Source: Candidatus Poribacteria bacterium (GTDB lineage Bacteria > Poribacteria > WGA-4E > PCPOR2b). Taken from it: a DNA stretch of 64,000 nucleotides. The notes under the pieces are model-generated. The model did no database searches. It was not told where the DNA came from and saw only the letters and a list, made by a program, of their open reading frames with translations. The stretch covers positions 64,001 through 128,000 of the forward strand of contig OZ242351.1 of assembly GCA_965208675.1 (NCBI GenBank). Reading direction: 5' to 3'. This document shows, piece by piece, positions 32,483-43,008 of the stretch. The first letter of the stretch is position 1, and each line of letters starts with the position of its first letter. Both the position numbers and the translations under genes were made by a program.

Positions 32483-33472
32483 ATGTCGAAGCATGTTATA
32501 GGTTTGGTACTGATCGATGCACCGCACTCCGCACTCAATAACGCAGGAACTGAGCCATCCCAAGCAACAGAAAACATCGTGGTGGTCAAAACGCTGCGCA
32601 AAGGGAATCAAACGTATCCGTACGTATCGGGACAAGCGTGGCGAAATTGGTGGCGCACGACATTAGACCAAGAATTTAATTGGAAAATTTCGCCGATTGA
32701 ACGTGACAAGAAAATTGCCTTTACCGCCGCTGATCCTATTGCTTACGATGACGATGATGTTTTTGGTTACATGCGAGCGGTGAAGAAAGAGACTTTGACT
32801 CGGCTCTCACCGTTGAAAACCTCACCGCTAATTGCGATTGAACCCCAACGTCCCACGGACGACTTTGGTGTGATGGCACGTCACAAGGGCGATCCAGTCC
32901 CCTACGAGCATCAGTTTTACTCATGCCCACTTAAGGGCATCTTTTCCCTTGACCTTGATGCTGTAGGTGCTTTGTGGAACGTTGATAAAACCGGATATAA
33001 AAACATCACTGATACACACATTCCGGATATTGAAGCGATTGGCGGTTTGCAGGTAGACGAAAAATCTCCATGGGTCCTACCGCAAGACATCCGCCAACGG
33101 CGTTGCCGCGAAACACTCGAGGCACTCCCACTACTCAGTGGCGGCGCGAAGTTGACCTCACATTTGACCGACGTGACGCCTAAACTTATCATTCTATCTG
33201 TTCTCAATGGCGGTAATCATCCCTTCATGAATGTGATGGTTGAACAGGATGGACAGGGTAAGTTAAGTATTCCGGCGCTACGGCAGGTTATCGCCGATTA
33301 TGAGAGTCGTTTCCTAGATTCAATTTTTATCGGTCGCCGTGAAGGGTTTATGGATGCATTAGATGAACCATTGCGCCAATTGGCAGAAGATGAAGCCGTG
33401 ATATACGATTCACCTAATCAGGTCATTGCACAACTAGTCGGTGGACTTTCAAAATACTTCGGGGTGGAATGA
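32483..33472 (+). CDS. cas7: Type I-B Cas7/Cst2/DevR
   Basis: SALNN, YPYVSGQAWR, DDDVFGYMRA, RLSPLK, GGAK..HLTDVTP. Confidence 0.92.
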   Translation: MSKHVIGLVLIDAPHSALNNAGTEPSQATENIVVVKTLRKGNQTYPYVSGQAWRNWWRTTLDQEFNWKISPIERDKKIAFTAADPIAYDDDDVFGYMRAVKKETLTRLSPLKTSPLIAIEPQRPTDDFGVMARHKGDPVPYEHQFYSCPLKGIFSLDLDAVGALWNVDKTGYKNITDTHIPDIEAIGGLQVDEKSPWVLPQDIRQRRCRETLEALPLLSGGAKLTSHLTDVTPKLIILSVLNGGNHPFMNVMVEQDGQGKLSIPALRQVIADYESRFLDSIFIGRREGFMDALDEPLRQLAEDEAVIYDSPNQVIAQLVGGLSKYFGVE

Positions 33473-34098
33473 TGAAAGTTCTTCGTGTCCTCATCAACGG
33501 CTGGGTGGCATCATTTCGGAATCCGCTATTCATCAGCGGATTCCAACCCACTCTTCCTCTACCGCCACTTTCGACGCTCTACGGCTTGCTATCGGCGGCG
33601 CGAGGCGATTGGGTAACACCTGACGATGCAGCAGTTGGATTTATCTTTCAAAGCCAAGGTAAATTCGTAGACCTGGAAACGGTGTACGAGTTCGATCAGA
33701 CCCGACTTAAGGCAAAACCAAACGTCTGTAAACGTGAATTTCTCGTGTCACCTGAGCTTTATCTCTACACGCCTGCGCTGTGGCTGAGACCCCATCTTGA
33801 ACTCCCTCATTATCCATTGCTGCTGGGGCGTTCGACGGAATTAGCAACGGTTGCGTCGATTGTTGAAATTGAGTTAGAGAAGGTATCCGAAACCAAATAT
33901 CGAGATACACTTCTACCATTTCCAAATGAACAGATTTACGGTCAGATACAGGCGCTGCCAACTCATTTTACACAGGAACGTCCACGTAGTCCGCAAGGCA
34001 TCCGCCCCTTCTACATGCTGACGGACAAAATTTCGTACAGCGGTCCCGCATTACAAGATCCGGAAATGGGTTGGGGAGTGCATTTGCACGGAAATTGA
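33469..34098 (+). CDS. cas5: Type I-B Cas5
   Basis: ASFRNP..QPTLPLPPLSTLYGL, LLLGRS. Confidence 0.92.
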   Translation: MMKVLRVLINGWVASFRNPLFISGFQPTLPLPPLSTLYGLLSAARGDWVTPDDAAVGFIFQSQGKFVDLETVYEFDQTRLKAKPNVCKREFLVSPELYLYTPALWLRPHLELPHYPLLLGRSTELATVASIVEIELEKVSETKYRDTLLPFPNEQIYGQIQALPTHFTQERPRSPQGIRPFYMLTDKISYSGPALQDPEMGWGVHLHGN

Positions 34099-34105
34099 GT
34101 AAATT

Positions 34106-36334
34106 ATGACAGAACTACTTGCCAAAAGCGCCCCGCCTGAAACACTGATGAAACACACGGAAAACTGTCTTTCAGTCTGTTTCAGTATGCGGGAAACAAT
34201 GCCGTTTCTCGCGGAGATTTCCGGCGATCCGGATTTTTTCGACCATCTTTTCTATACGGTTGCCCTTCACGATTTCGGCAAGGCAGCAGCCGGGTTTCAG
34301 GAACAACTCAAACCAGCTGCCGCCCCGTGGAACTATCGTCACGAAATTTTATCGGCAGGATTTGTGGCTGGGTTGAATCTGCCGTTGCGAATCAAACAAG
34401 CAATCGGTTTGGCAATTCTGACTCACCACAAAGATATTAAAATATTAAGAGATCGTTATCCATGCTTCCCCCCACACAATCCAGGTTATGCAACATGGAA
34501 ATCACGAATGGCAGAATTAGAACCGAATTGGGATGCCTTGATGCGAATTCAAGAGCAGATCGATCTCTGGCGTCCAGACGAGAATTGTCACTTTATACCT
34601 CTGCCCTCGCTTGGTGGATTAATTAACGGGTATAAGGATTTCCTTGTGCCATATCTTAACGATTTTGAGGACGGCGAATTGACGGCGTTGCATGGTCGTT
34701 ACGGTATGTTGTTGCGCGGTTGTATGATTGCGTGTGACCATCTCGCATCAGCAGGAAAAACTAAGATTTACCGTGCGCTTGACAATCTGGATGGGCATCT
34801 TCGCATCCAAATTGAGCAAAAGGGGCGGGTGTTTCGAGGTTGGGATGCATTTCAAGATGCCGCCGCAACGACATCGGGGCACCTATTGCTCTCCGCGCCA
34901 ACTGGTTCGGGCAAGACCGAAGCCGCTATGCTTTGGTCCGATGCAAATGAGAGCGAATCGCATGGACAGCGTGTATTTTATGTTTTGCCCTACACCGCAA
35001 GCATCAATGCGATGTATGACCGCCTGCTCAATCTCGTGTCCAAAGACCGCATCGGATTGTTGCACGGCAAGGCAAATTACTTCCTCTATAGGTCAATGGT
35101 GGATAAAGAATACACCCCAGACGAAGCGAGAGCAGAAACCCGGGAAACGCAAAACCTGACACAAAAAATCTACCGGCCGTACAAAGTATTGACACCGTTC
35201 CAACTGCTCAAATCCTTTTTCGGTACGCGCGGCTTTGAGATGCAATTCGCGGAGATGGCGGGTGGCTTGTTCATCTTCGACGAAATCCACGCCTATGACC
35301 CGCATACTACCGCACTCATTTTGACAATGGTTAAGAAACTTTGTCAAGATTACGGCTCGCAATTCTGCATTATGACTGCAACAATGCCGAAGTTCCTCAA
35401 GGAGATGTTTGTAGATGCTACCGGTGAGACTGCTAAAGTTGAGATGTCTCCTGAGAAACGAGATCAATTCACACGCCACCACGTTCGCTTGTTTGAAGGT
35501 GGAATCATTGACTCAATTCCAAAGATTACCGAACGATTGGAAGGTGGGAAACGGGTATTGGTTGTTTGTAATACAGTCAAAAAGGCACAGACAGTTTTTG
35601 AGCGATTATCCCCACGTGCGACCAATCCGCAGCTTCTCCACAGTCGTTTTATCCTCCGAGACCGAGAGCGAATCGAGAGAGAGCTGGCAGATGCGGACTT
35701 GCTTGTTGGGACACAAGCCGTTGAAGTCTCACTTGACATTGACTTTGATGTGCTGTTTACCGAGCCCGCACCAATTGATGCCCTGATACAGCGATTCGGA
35801 CGGGTAAACCGTAGAGGCGAAAAAGAAATTTGTGATGTGTGCATCTGTCGCGAAGGTGGTGATAACGACAAATACATCTACTCCATAGACCGTATAAAAC
35901 GGACGCTTGATGCTTTCGCCGAAGTTAATATTTTGTATGAATCGAAAGTTCAATATCTGATTAATACGGTTTACGGCGAGAGCTACGATTCAAAGGAACA
36001 GGAAATGTTTGATAACGCTAGAGCGATTTTCAATCAACACGTGCGAAACATCGTTCCGTTCATTGAGGACACATCAGCGCACGAGGAGTTTACCGGCCTC
36101 TTCAAAAGCATAGAAGTAGTTCCATCAGTTTATGAAGATGAATTTCTGATACATATCAACGCAAAGCAGTTTTACGAGGCAATGGCGTACGTCACCTCAA
36201 TTTCTGATGGACAATTCGCGCGACTCCACAAAGAAGGTCAGTTATACAAACAACAGGGGCAATGGTTCGTGCGAGTCCGCTACGATTCTGAGCGTGGGTT
36301 GGCACTTGATGAGTTGGCGGAAAATGTGTTGTGA
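34106..36334 (+). CDS. cas3: Cas3 HD nuclease-helicase
   Basis: LHDFGKA, APTGSGKT, DEIH, MTAT, QRFGRVNR. Confidence 0.96.
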   Translation: MTELLAKSAPPETLMKHTENCLSVCFSMRETMPFLAEISGDPDFFDHLFYTVALHDFGKAAAGFQEQLKPAAAPWNYRHEILSAGFVAGLNLPLRIKQAIGLAILTHHKDIKILRDRYPCFPPHNPGYATWKSRMAELEPNWDALMRIQEQIDLWRPDENCHFIPLPSLGGLINGYKDFLVPYLNDFEDGELTALHGRYGMLLRGCMIACDHLASAGKTKIYRALDNLDGHLRIQIEQKGRVFRGWDAFQDAAATTSGHLLLSAPTGSGKTEAAMLWSDANESESHGQRVFYVLPYTASINAMYDRLLNLVSKDRIGLLHGKANYFLYRSMVDKEYTPDEARAETRETQNLTQKIYRPYKVLTPFQLLKSFFGTRGFEMQFAEMAGGLFIFDEIHAYDPHTTALILTMVKKLCQDYGSQFCIMTATMPKFLKEMFVDATGETAKVEMSPEKRDQFTRHHVRLFEGGIIDSIPKITERLEGGKRVLVVCNTVKKAQTVFERLSPRATNPQLLHSRFILRDRERIERELADADLLVGTQAVEVSLDIDFDVLFTEPAPIDALIQRFGRVNRRGEKEICDVCICREGGDNDKYIYSIDRIKRTLDAFAEVNILYESKVQYLINTVYGESYDSKEQEMFDNARAIFNQHVRNIVPFIEDTSAHEEFTGLFKSIEVVPSVYEDEFLIHINAKQFYEAMAYVTSISDGQFARLHKEGQLYKQQGQWFVRVRYDSERGLALDELAENVL

Positions 36335-36371
36335 TTAGGGCGTTTTGACCTCTGTACAGCCATCTACAATC

Positions 36372-36470
36372 GTAGAGGCGAGGTTACCTCGCCCGGTGGT
36401 TTTGAAATACCCAACCGCTACGAAAAATCACACCTCTATCAAGTCCCCCTGACAAGGGGGATTTAGGGGG
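36372..36470. repeat. REP-like hairpins (GTAGAGGCGAGGTTACCTCGCCC; CCCCCTGACAAGGGGGATTTAGGGGG); relatives at ~8741, ~8807, ~38148
   Basis: Palindromes in the cas3-cas4 gap. Confidence 0.65.
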
Positions 36471-36533
36471 TTAAATTTAAAATCCGCCATAGTAATATCA
36501 ATAAGCAGTCTAACTGACTAAAAGGATGTATCA

Positions 36534-37043
36534 ATGCAAAACCCAAATGAACCCCGTATCACCGGCACAACAATCGGCTACCTCTACGTCTGTCCGCGCG
36601 AACTCTGGTTCTTTCAGAACCATATCGAAATGGAACACACCTCAGACCTCGTTTCTATGGGGAAACTCCTACACGAGGAGAGTTATCCTCGTGAAAAACG
36701 GAAGGAACGCCCGATTGATGATCGCAACCTCATTGACTTCATTGACAAAGACGGCATCCTGCACGACGTAAAGTCAAGTCCATCAGTGCAGAAGGCTCAT
36801 GAAATGCAAATCCTCTACTATCTCTATCTCCTCAAACAGAAAGGGTTGCCAAATCGGAAAGGGGTGATTAACTACCCGCGCCAACGGCGGACCGTTGAGG
36901 TCGAGTTGACCCCTGAGAAAGAGTGCGAAGTCGAGGAAGCGATCGGAGAGGTCAAGAGAATATCCGACCTGCCTACACCTCCAGATGTGGAGTTCATGAA
37001 TATCTGTAAATCGTGTAGCTATATGGAATTGTGTTGGAGTTGA
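36534..37043 (+). CDS. cas4: Cas4
   Basis: CPRELW, GKLLHE, IDFID, QILYYL, CKSCSYMELC. Confidence 0.95.
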   Translation: MQNPNEPRITGTTIGYLYVCPRELWFFQNHIEMEHTSDLVSMGKLLHEESYPREKRKERPIDDRNLIDFIDKDGILHDVKSSPSVQKAHEMQILYYLYLLKQKGLPNRKGVINYPRQRRTVEVELTPEKECEVEEAIGEVKRISDLPTPPDVEFMNICKSCSYMELCWS

Positions 37044-37134
37044 ACGCCACTAAAAACCGAGTTTTTTCTTCAAAACTCGGTTTCTCTTTGCATCTTGTAC
37101 TTTATTTTTATAGGAGTTTAGGAGAACAACAACC

Positions 37135-38130
37135 ATGTCTCGTAACTACTACATTAGCCAGTCAGGCAGATTGCGCCGAAAAGACAACACCATCTATCTC
37201 GAAAAAGAAGACGGGTCCCGGGTGCCGATTCCGATTGAAGATGTGGATGCATTCTACCTCTATGGCGAACTGGACATGAACACCCGCATTCTCAACTTCA
37301 TGGCGCAGAAGCATGTACCTATTCATGTGTTCAACTACTACGGCTACTATTCCGGCACGTACTATCCGCGGGAATACCTGAACTCTGGATTCCTCACCGT
37401 CAAGCAGGTGCAGCACTACGAACGAAAATCGAAACGTCTGCCAATTGCCCGCGAATTTGTTTCAGCGGCAGTGGCGAATATCCTGCGAAACCTCCGTTAC
37501 CGTGCGAATCGCGACAGCGATTGTTCCGAGCAACTGAGCATTATTGAATCCATCGAAGCCGAGATTCCGCACGCGCAGACTGTTGACCAACTGATGGGAT
37601 ATGAGGGAAACGTCCGCGAAACCTACTACCGCGCCTTCAACGCCATTATCAATCTACAAACTCCTTTTGACAAACGTGTCCGCCAACCGCCCGATAACCC
37701 CATCAACGCCACGATCTCATTCGGAAATTCGCTAATGTATACCGCCTGCCTGACAGAGATCTACCGAACGCAGCTGAATCCGACGATTAGTTTCCTGCAT
37801 CAACCGGGGGAACGCCGATTCTCCCTGAGCCTCGATCTGGCAGAAATCTTCAAACCGATAATTGTTGACCGAGTGCTATTCCGATTGTTCAATCGAGGGC
37901 AACTCAAAGAATCCAAGCACTTTGAAACCGAGACTGGAGGCTGCTATCTAAACGAGAGCGGAAGGCGCCTATTTCTCCAAGCCTTCGACGAACAGCTCAA
38001 GCAGACAATCGACCATCGGAAATTAAATCGGAAAGTCTCCTACCAACGTTTGATCCGCCTTGAATGCTACAAGTTGATTAAGCATCTTACAGGAATGGAG
38101 ACCTATCAGGCATTTCGGGCATGGTGGTAG
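37135..38130 (+). CDS. cas1: Cas1 (type I-B)
   Basis: GRLRRKDNT, FNYYGYY, LMGYEG, PPDNPINA, SLSLDLAEIFKP. Confidence 0.97.
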   Translation: MSRNYYISQSGRLRRKDNTIYLEKEDGSRVPIPIEDVDAFYLYGELDMNTRILNFMAQKHVPIHVFNYYGYYSGTYYPREYLNSGFLTVKQVQHYERKSKRLPIAREFVSAAVANILRNLRYRANRDSDCSEQLSIIESIEAEIPHAQTVDQLMGYEGNVRETYYRAFNAIINLQTPFDKRVRQPPDNPINATISFGNSLMYTACLTEIYRTQLNPTISFLHQPGERRFSLSLDLAEIFKPIIVDRVLFRLFNRGQLKESKHFETETGGCYLNESGRRLFLQAFDEQLKQTIDHRKLNRKVSYQRLIRLECYKLIKHLTGMETYQAFRAWW

Positions 38131-38236
38131 GACGAGAAAATCCCTTCGTAGGGGCGGGGTTCCCCCGCCCGTAGAATTTGGGGGCAACCGTAGGTAGGGC
38201 TTCCTAGCCCGACTGAATCAATAAACCGTAGTTTTT

Positions 38237-38271
38237 TTACGCATTACTCATTACTCATTACGCATTTTACA
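38237..38271 (+). repeat. Heptamer tandem repeat TTAC(G/T)CA, about 5 copies
   Basis: ttacgca ttactca ttactca ttacgca ttttaca. Confidence 0.6.
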
Positions 38272-38332
38272 TACTATACTTTCTTTTTCAATTCACCTCA
38301 TTTATCCATTACTAGCGTAGGAGACCGCCACA

Positions 38333-38596
38333 TTGTATGTCATTATCGTTTACGACATTGACGTAAAGCGGGTTGCGAAAGTCTGCAAATACCTGCGTCA
38401 ACACCTCAACTGGGTACAAAACTCCGTCTTTGAAGGCGAACTGACAAAGGCTCAATATGCACGAGTGGAATCAGGACTTTTGGGAATCATTGATGAAAAT
38501 CAAGATTCGGTGCTCGTTTACCAAATGCGTAATGAGAAATGGATGGACAAGCAGGTTATCGGCATCGAAAAAAATCCGGTCACAAATCTCCTATGA
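38333..38596 (+). CDS. cas2: Cas2
   Basis: YVIIVYDI, WVQNSVFEG; TTG start after AGGAG. Confidence 0.95.
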   Translation: MYVIIVYDIDVKRVAKVCKYLRQHLNWVQNSVFEGELTKAQYARVESGLLGIIDENQDSVLVYQMRNEKWMDKQVIGIEKNPVTNLL

Positions 38597-38876
38597 CCGA
38601 ACACTACAGCAAAAGTAGTAGGCATACGCCGTATGCCGTAAAGAGTGTTTCTGAATGGATCGTATGTCGTCAACCCCAGTTTCTGCGGCAATTTTCCTAA
38701 TTCATAAAGCACCATTTTTTCCCGACTATTTTGGATTTGAATCGCAACCACGTGATGTCGTCAACCCCCCGTCTGTTTTGCACAATCGAACGTTGACGAC
38801 TTTTGAGAGCACGGAGAATTTACTCTTTGCAGTCGTGGCGCGGGTTTGCTTTGTTATTTTTCGCCGATTTTGCGGA
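38597..38876 (+). promoter_or_regulatory. CRISPR leader with GTCGTCAACCCC motif (38666, 38757) and inverted GTTGACGAC (38792)
   Basis: Lies between cas2 and the first repeat; the degenerate repeat is at the opposite end. Confidence 0.7.
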
Positions 38877-41800
38877 CTTCTAATCGAACCATACTGGAAT
38901 TGAAACGTAAGCTCCTCTTCGGTTCGGTAAGGTTAGGAAAAACTTCTAATCGAACCATACTGGAATTGAAACATTTCCCTTTACTTTTAGCCGAGAGTAT
39001 AGTAGCCTACTTCTAATCGAACCATACTGGAATTGAAACGTTAATCTCTATAATCTCGCCGTATACCTTATTTCCCTTCTAATCGAACCATACTGGAATT
39101 GAAACATTTCCCTTTACTTTTAGCCGAGAGTATAGTAGCCTATCTTCTAATCGAACCATACTGGAATTGAAACTTTACTATCGGCCCTATTCCTAGAGTT
39201 ATATCGTAAGACTTCTAATCGAACCATACTGGAATTGAAACACGTATACGATTACTCCTACTCGTACGGCGAATATACTTCTAATCGAACCATACTGGAA
39301 TTGAAACAGCGACGGCGTTTCGATTTCGCCGTTCTCGTATAACTTCTAATCGAACCATACTGGAATTGAAACTATTCCGTAACGACGGTATAAGTTACCT
39401 CGCCGACTTCTAATCGAACCATACTGGAATTGAAACTTAGTAGACGGCGCGCCCCGTTCGAGTTCTAAGGTTTCCTTCTAATCGAACCATACTGGAATTG
39501 AAACTCGGTTAATTCCTTTTCGGTTAGAGGTTAGGAAACGCCTTCTAATCGAACCATACTGGAATTGAAACTTAAGATTCTTACCGCCATCGGATTTTAG
39601 GTTATTCTTCTAATCGAACCATACTGGAATTGAAACGTATAACCTTATAAACTATATCCCCGTTTTCCGTCCTTCTTCTAATCGAACCATACTGGAATTG
39701 AAACACGCTCCGCCGATATAACCGCCGTAACTATAACTATCTTCTAATCGAACCATACTGGAATTGAAACTATGAAGAGTGGGGAGACGACTGAGATGTT
39801 TAGGAAACTTCTAATCGAACCATACTGGAATTGAAACGATATAACCTCTCTATAAGTTTAACGTTACCGCTATCCTTCTAATCGAACCATACTGGAATTG
39901 AAACTCGGGTGCTCTATCATATAATCCTTTAATCTCTAATCTTCTAATCGAACCATACTGGAATTGAAACATTATTTTACCGATGAAATAACCTTAGATT
40001 CCTATATACTTCTAATCGAACCATACTGGAATTGAAACGGTTTAGGAAAGTTAGAACACAGTAGCACGGGTTTACCTTCTAATCGAACCATACTGGAATT
40101 GAAACTTATTAACCGCTTCGCGTATTCCGTTATCGAATAGACTTCTAATCGAACCATACTGGAATTGAAACACATCCGTTTGTATGGCTAAAGCGAAACG
40201 ATTTTAGCCTTCTAATCGAACCATACTGGAATTGAAACACGCCATTTGCTCATGTGCCGTCTGAATCTTCTTAACCTTCTAATCGAACCATACTGGAATT
40301 GAAACTCCTCTGAGACTAAAGCTCTTGAGACAGCAAACGCCGTCTTCTAATCGAACCATACTGGAATTGAAACAGAGACGTTGCAACCGCTTTCGTTAAA
40401 TCCATTCTGACTTCTAATCGAACCATACTGGAATTGAAACCTTTACAAGGCGGGAATTGTAACAGTGGACGATGTTCTTCTAATCGAACCATACTGGAAT
40501 TGAAACGCAACAAAGCTCTTTTCCATTCCGCAGATTTCATATTCTTCTAATCGAACCATACTGGAATTGAAACTAGAATTATTAAGCAATTCTGGATTAT
40601 CAGATTTATCCTTCTAATCGAACCATACTGGAATTGAAACCCAGCTTTGACTGCGTTATTTGCTGCTCTCAACTTCACTTCTAATCGAACCATACTGGAA
40701 TTGAAACCTTGGATGCGTAAACTATTGATGGCTTCGCTTTTCTTCTAATCGAACCATACTGGAATTGAAACTCATTTCGCCGCGTGCTAGTTGAAAACAC
40801 TCGTCTAAACTTCTAATCGAACCATACTGGAATTGAAACAGATACTTCATTGTGTTACCTCCTTAAAAAAGAGAGCTTCTAATCGAACCATACTGGAATT
40901 GAAACAACTACCGGTGCTGCGCCCACAAGGCTCTCTTTCGCTTCTAATCGAACCATACTGGAATTGAAACAACGAAATTATACATCTTCCAATTGCGCTC
41001 GATATAATCTTCTAATCGAACCATACTGGAATTGAAACGGTGCTTACGACGAGGCGGAGCAGCGGCGCGTCAGCCTTCTAATCGAACCATACTGGAATTG
41101 AAACAGATCTGCGTGTACTGTGACTGTCGCCTTCATCGTAATCTTCTAATCGAACCATACTGGAATTGAAACCAGGCTCCTTAGCAGCTCTTGGATTTGC
41201 GCTTGGACTTCTAATCGAACCATACTGGAATTGAAACCCACCTTATTGCCAGTTGTTTCAATCGCCTCCTTAACACTTCTAATCGAACCATACTGGAATT
41301 GAAACTTTTGTGGTGCGGTTAGAACTGTCCGAGCCAGATGCCTTCTAATCGAACCATACTGGAATTGAAACAGGCTTTCGCCTCGTCTAGTAAATCGTTG
41401 CGTTGTTCCTTCTAATCGAACCATACTGGAATTGAAACCAGGTTGTCAAGCGTTTTTCCGAATTATTTTGCTATCCTTCTAATCGAACCATACTGGAATT
41501 GAAACAAAGTTGCGGGCGTTTGTCTTGGCGCGTCTCGACTTGCTTCTAATCGAACCATACTGGAATTGAAACTAAGCTATTAACATCGCCGTCTGCGATA
41601 TAATCGTGCCTTCTAATCGAACCATACTGGAATTGAAACAGGCTTTCGCCTCGTCTAGTAAATCGTTGCGTTGTTCCTTCTAATCGAACCATACTGGAAT
41701 TGAAACAAAGTTGCGGGCGTTTGTCTTGGCGCGTCTCGACTTGCTTCTAATCGAACCATACTGGAATTGAAACTAATGTGTGCGCTCAAGGTGTAACAGA

Positions 41801-42041
41801 ATTTTTACTTCTAATCGAACCATACTGGAATTGAAACATTCCTTCGGATAGATTTCATACGCGACGCCGGCAAACTTCTAATCGAACCATACTGGAATTG
41901 AAACTTGGCAACCAGCCTTCAGGATATTTGAAAAGCACCATCCTTCTAATCGAACCATACTGGAATTGAAACATTAGCATTACGAATGTGGAAGGAGGTA
42001 GACGGTCGTCCCTTTTAATCGAACCTTACGTTGAATTTCGG
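38877..42041 (+). CRISPR. CRISPR array: 47 perfect 30-bp repeats CTTCTAATCGAACCATACTGGAATTGAAAC plus a degenerate terminal repeat at 42012; 47 spacers of about 34-39 nt
   Basis: Counted manually; 3' ATTGAAAC handle typical of I-B/III systems. Confidence 0.99.
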
Positions 42042-42226
42042 AATTCCGCCCCAAGTGCAACCTCGCCTGCCTGCTCCCGTATTCCCAATCGTCAATCCCA
42101 ATCCTCCATTTACCCGCAAACCAAATCAATCAAAAGTCCGCCAAAAATAACTTTATATATGTTAAGTATCACTTTCCTGCCGTGGCGACAAATATACCGC
42201 ATCTGAAATATCCAAAAAATTAAACC

Positions 42227-42441
42227 TGTTAAATCTGTTAAATTTTGTAAACTTTTGTAAACCATTTTGCTGCTACTATCCTCGAAAATTCAACGGCGGG
42301 CAGTAAAGAAACCCCATTGCTGTTAATGGTTAGTAACGACAAATACGGGGATTTTACTTTGACAAAATACGTACCCTCAATGTATAATTGCACCCAAAGC
42401 AAAACATGTTAAATCTGTTAAATTTTGTAAACTTTTGTAAA
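42227..42441 (+). promoter_or_regulatory. TTGACA-18-TATAAT promoter (42359-42388) flanked by two identical 35-bp boxes TGTTAAATCTGTTAAATTTTGTAAACTTTTGTAAA
   Basis: Boxes at 42227-42261 and 42407-42441. Confidence 0.8.
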
Positions 42442-42456
42442 GGAATTGGTTAAATT

Positions 42457-43008
42457 ATGCCTACTAAAACCGAACTGAAAAAACGTGAAGCGATTTCTCT
42501 GATGTTAACGGGAAAGACTACCAAGGAAGTTGCAAAGGCGGTTGGAGTGACCCGCCAAACAATTTGGAAGTGGAAGCAGCAGGAAGATTTTAATCATGAT
42601 ATTGTCGAGGCTGGCGAGAGCATTCTCTCGGAACACACATTGGCAGTTTCAAAACTCGTTGATGAAGCCATCACCGTCATGTCCGAACTGCTTAAAAGCG
42701 AAGACGAAAGCATAAAGATTAAAGCCGCGACGAGCGTGCTGAACGCCGCCAAGAATTGGGGTGCGGATCGCCCAAAGGCCCCGGGGCACTCAAGAGCTGA
42801 AGATGAAATCCACAAAGAACGAATTGAAGCCATAATGCACATTGAGCGGAAGAGGAAAATATTTGAAGAGCAAGGCGGCAAACCCGAAGATTTCTTGATG
42901 TGGTCTTTATTTGGGGACAGCAAAGAGAACGGCAATGGCACAGAGAACTCAACATCAACCGCTTCCGAAAAAACAGAAAAACCGGAATCTGCAAAAACGC
43001 CTGATTGA
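42457..43008 (+). CDS. HTH protein (phBC6A51/terminase-small-like N-terminus)
   Basis: GKTTKEVAKAVGVTRQTIWKWKQQEDF; LLKSEDESIKIKAA. Confidence 0.7.
   Translation: MPTKTELKKREAISLMLTGKTTKEVAKAVGVTRQTIWKWKQQEDFNHDIVEAGESILSEHTLAVSKLVDEAITVMSELLKSEDESIKIKAATSVLNAAKNWGADRPKAPGHSRAEDEIHKERIEAIMHIERKRKIFEEQGGKPEDFLMWSLFGDSKENGNGTENSTSTASEKTEKPESAKTPD

Noticed and set aside
40316-41424. ORFs on the minus strand of the array
   Set aside because: Translations of CRISPR repeats
38907-42011. Self-targeting spacers
   Set aside because: No full-length match noticed within the window by eye, only a ~10-bp overlap with a REP; the rest of the genome was not available
42457-43008. Prophage at the HTH/terminase-small-like gene
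   Set aside because: No large terminase, integrase or structural genes nearby
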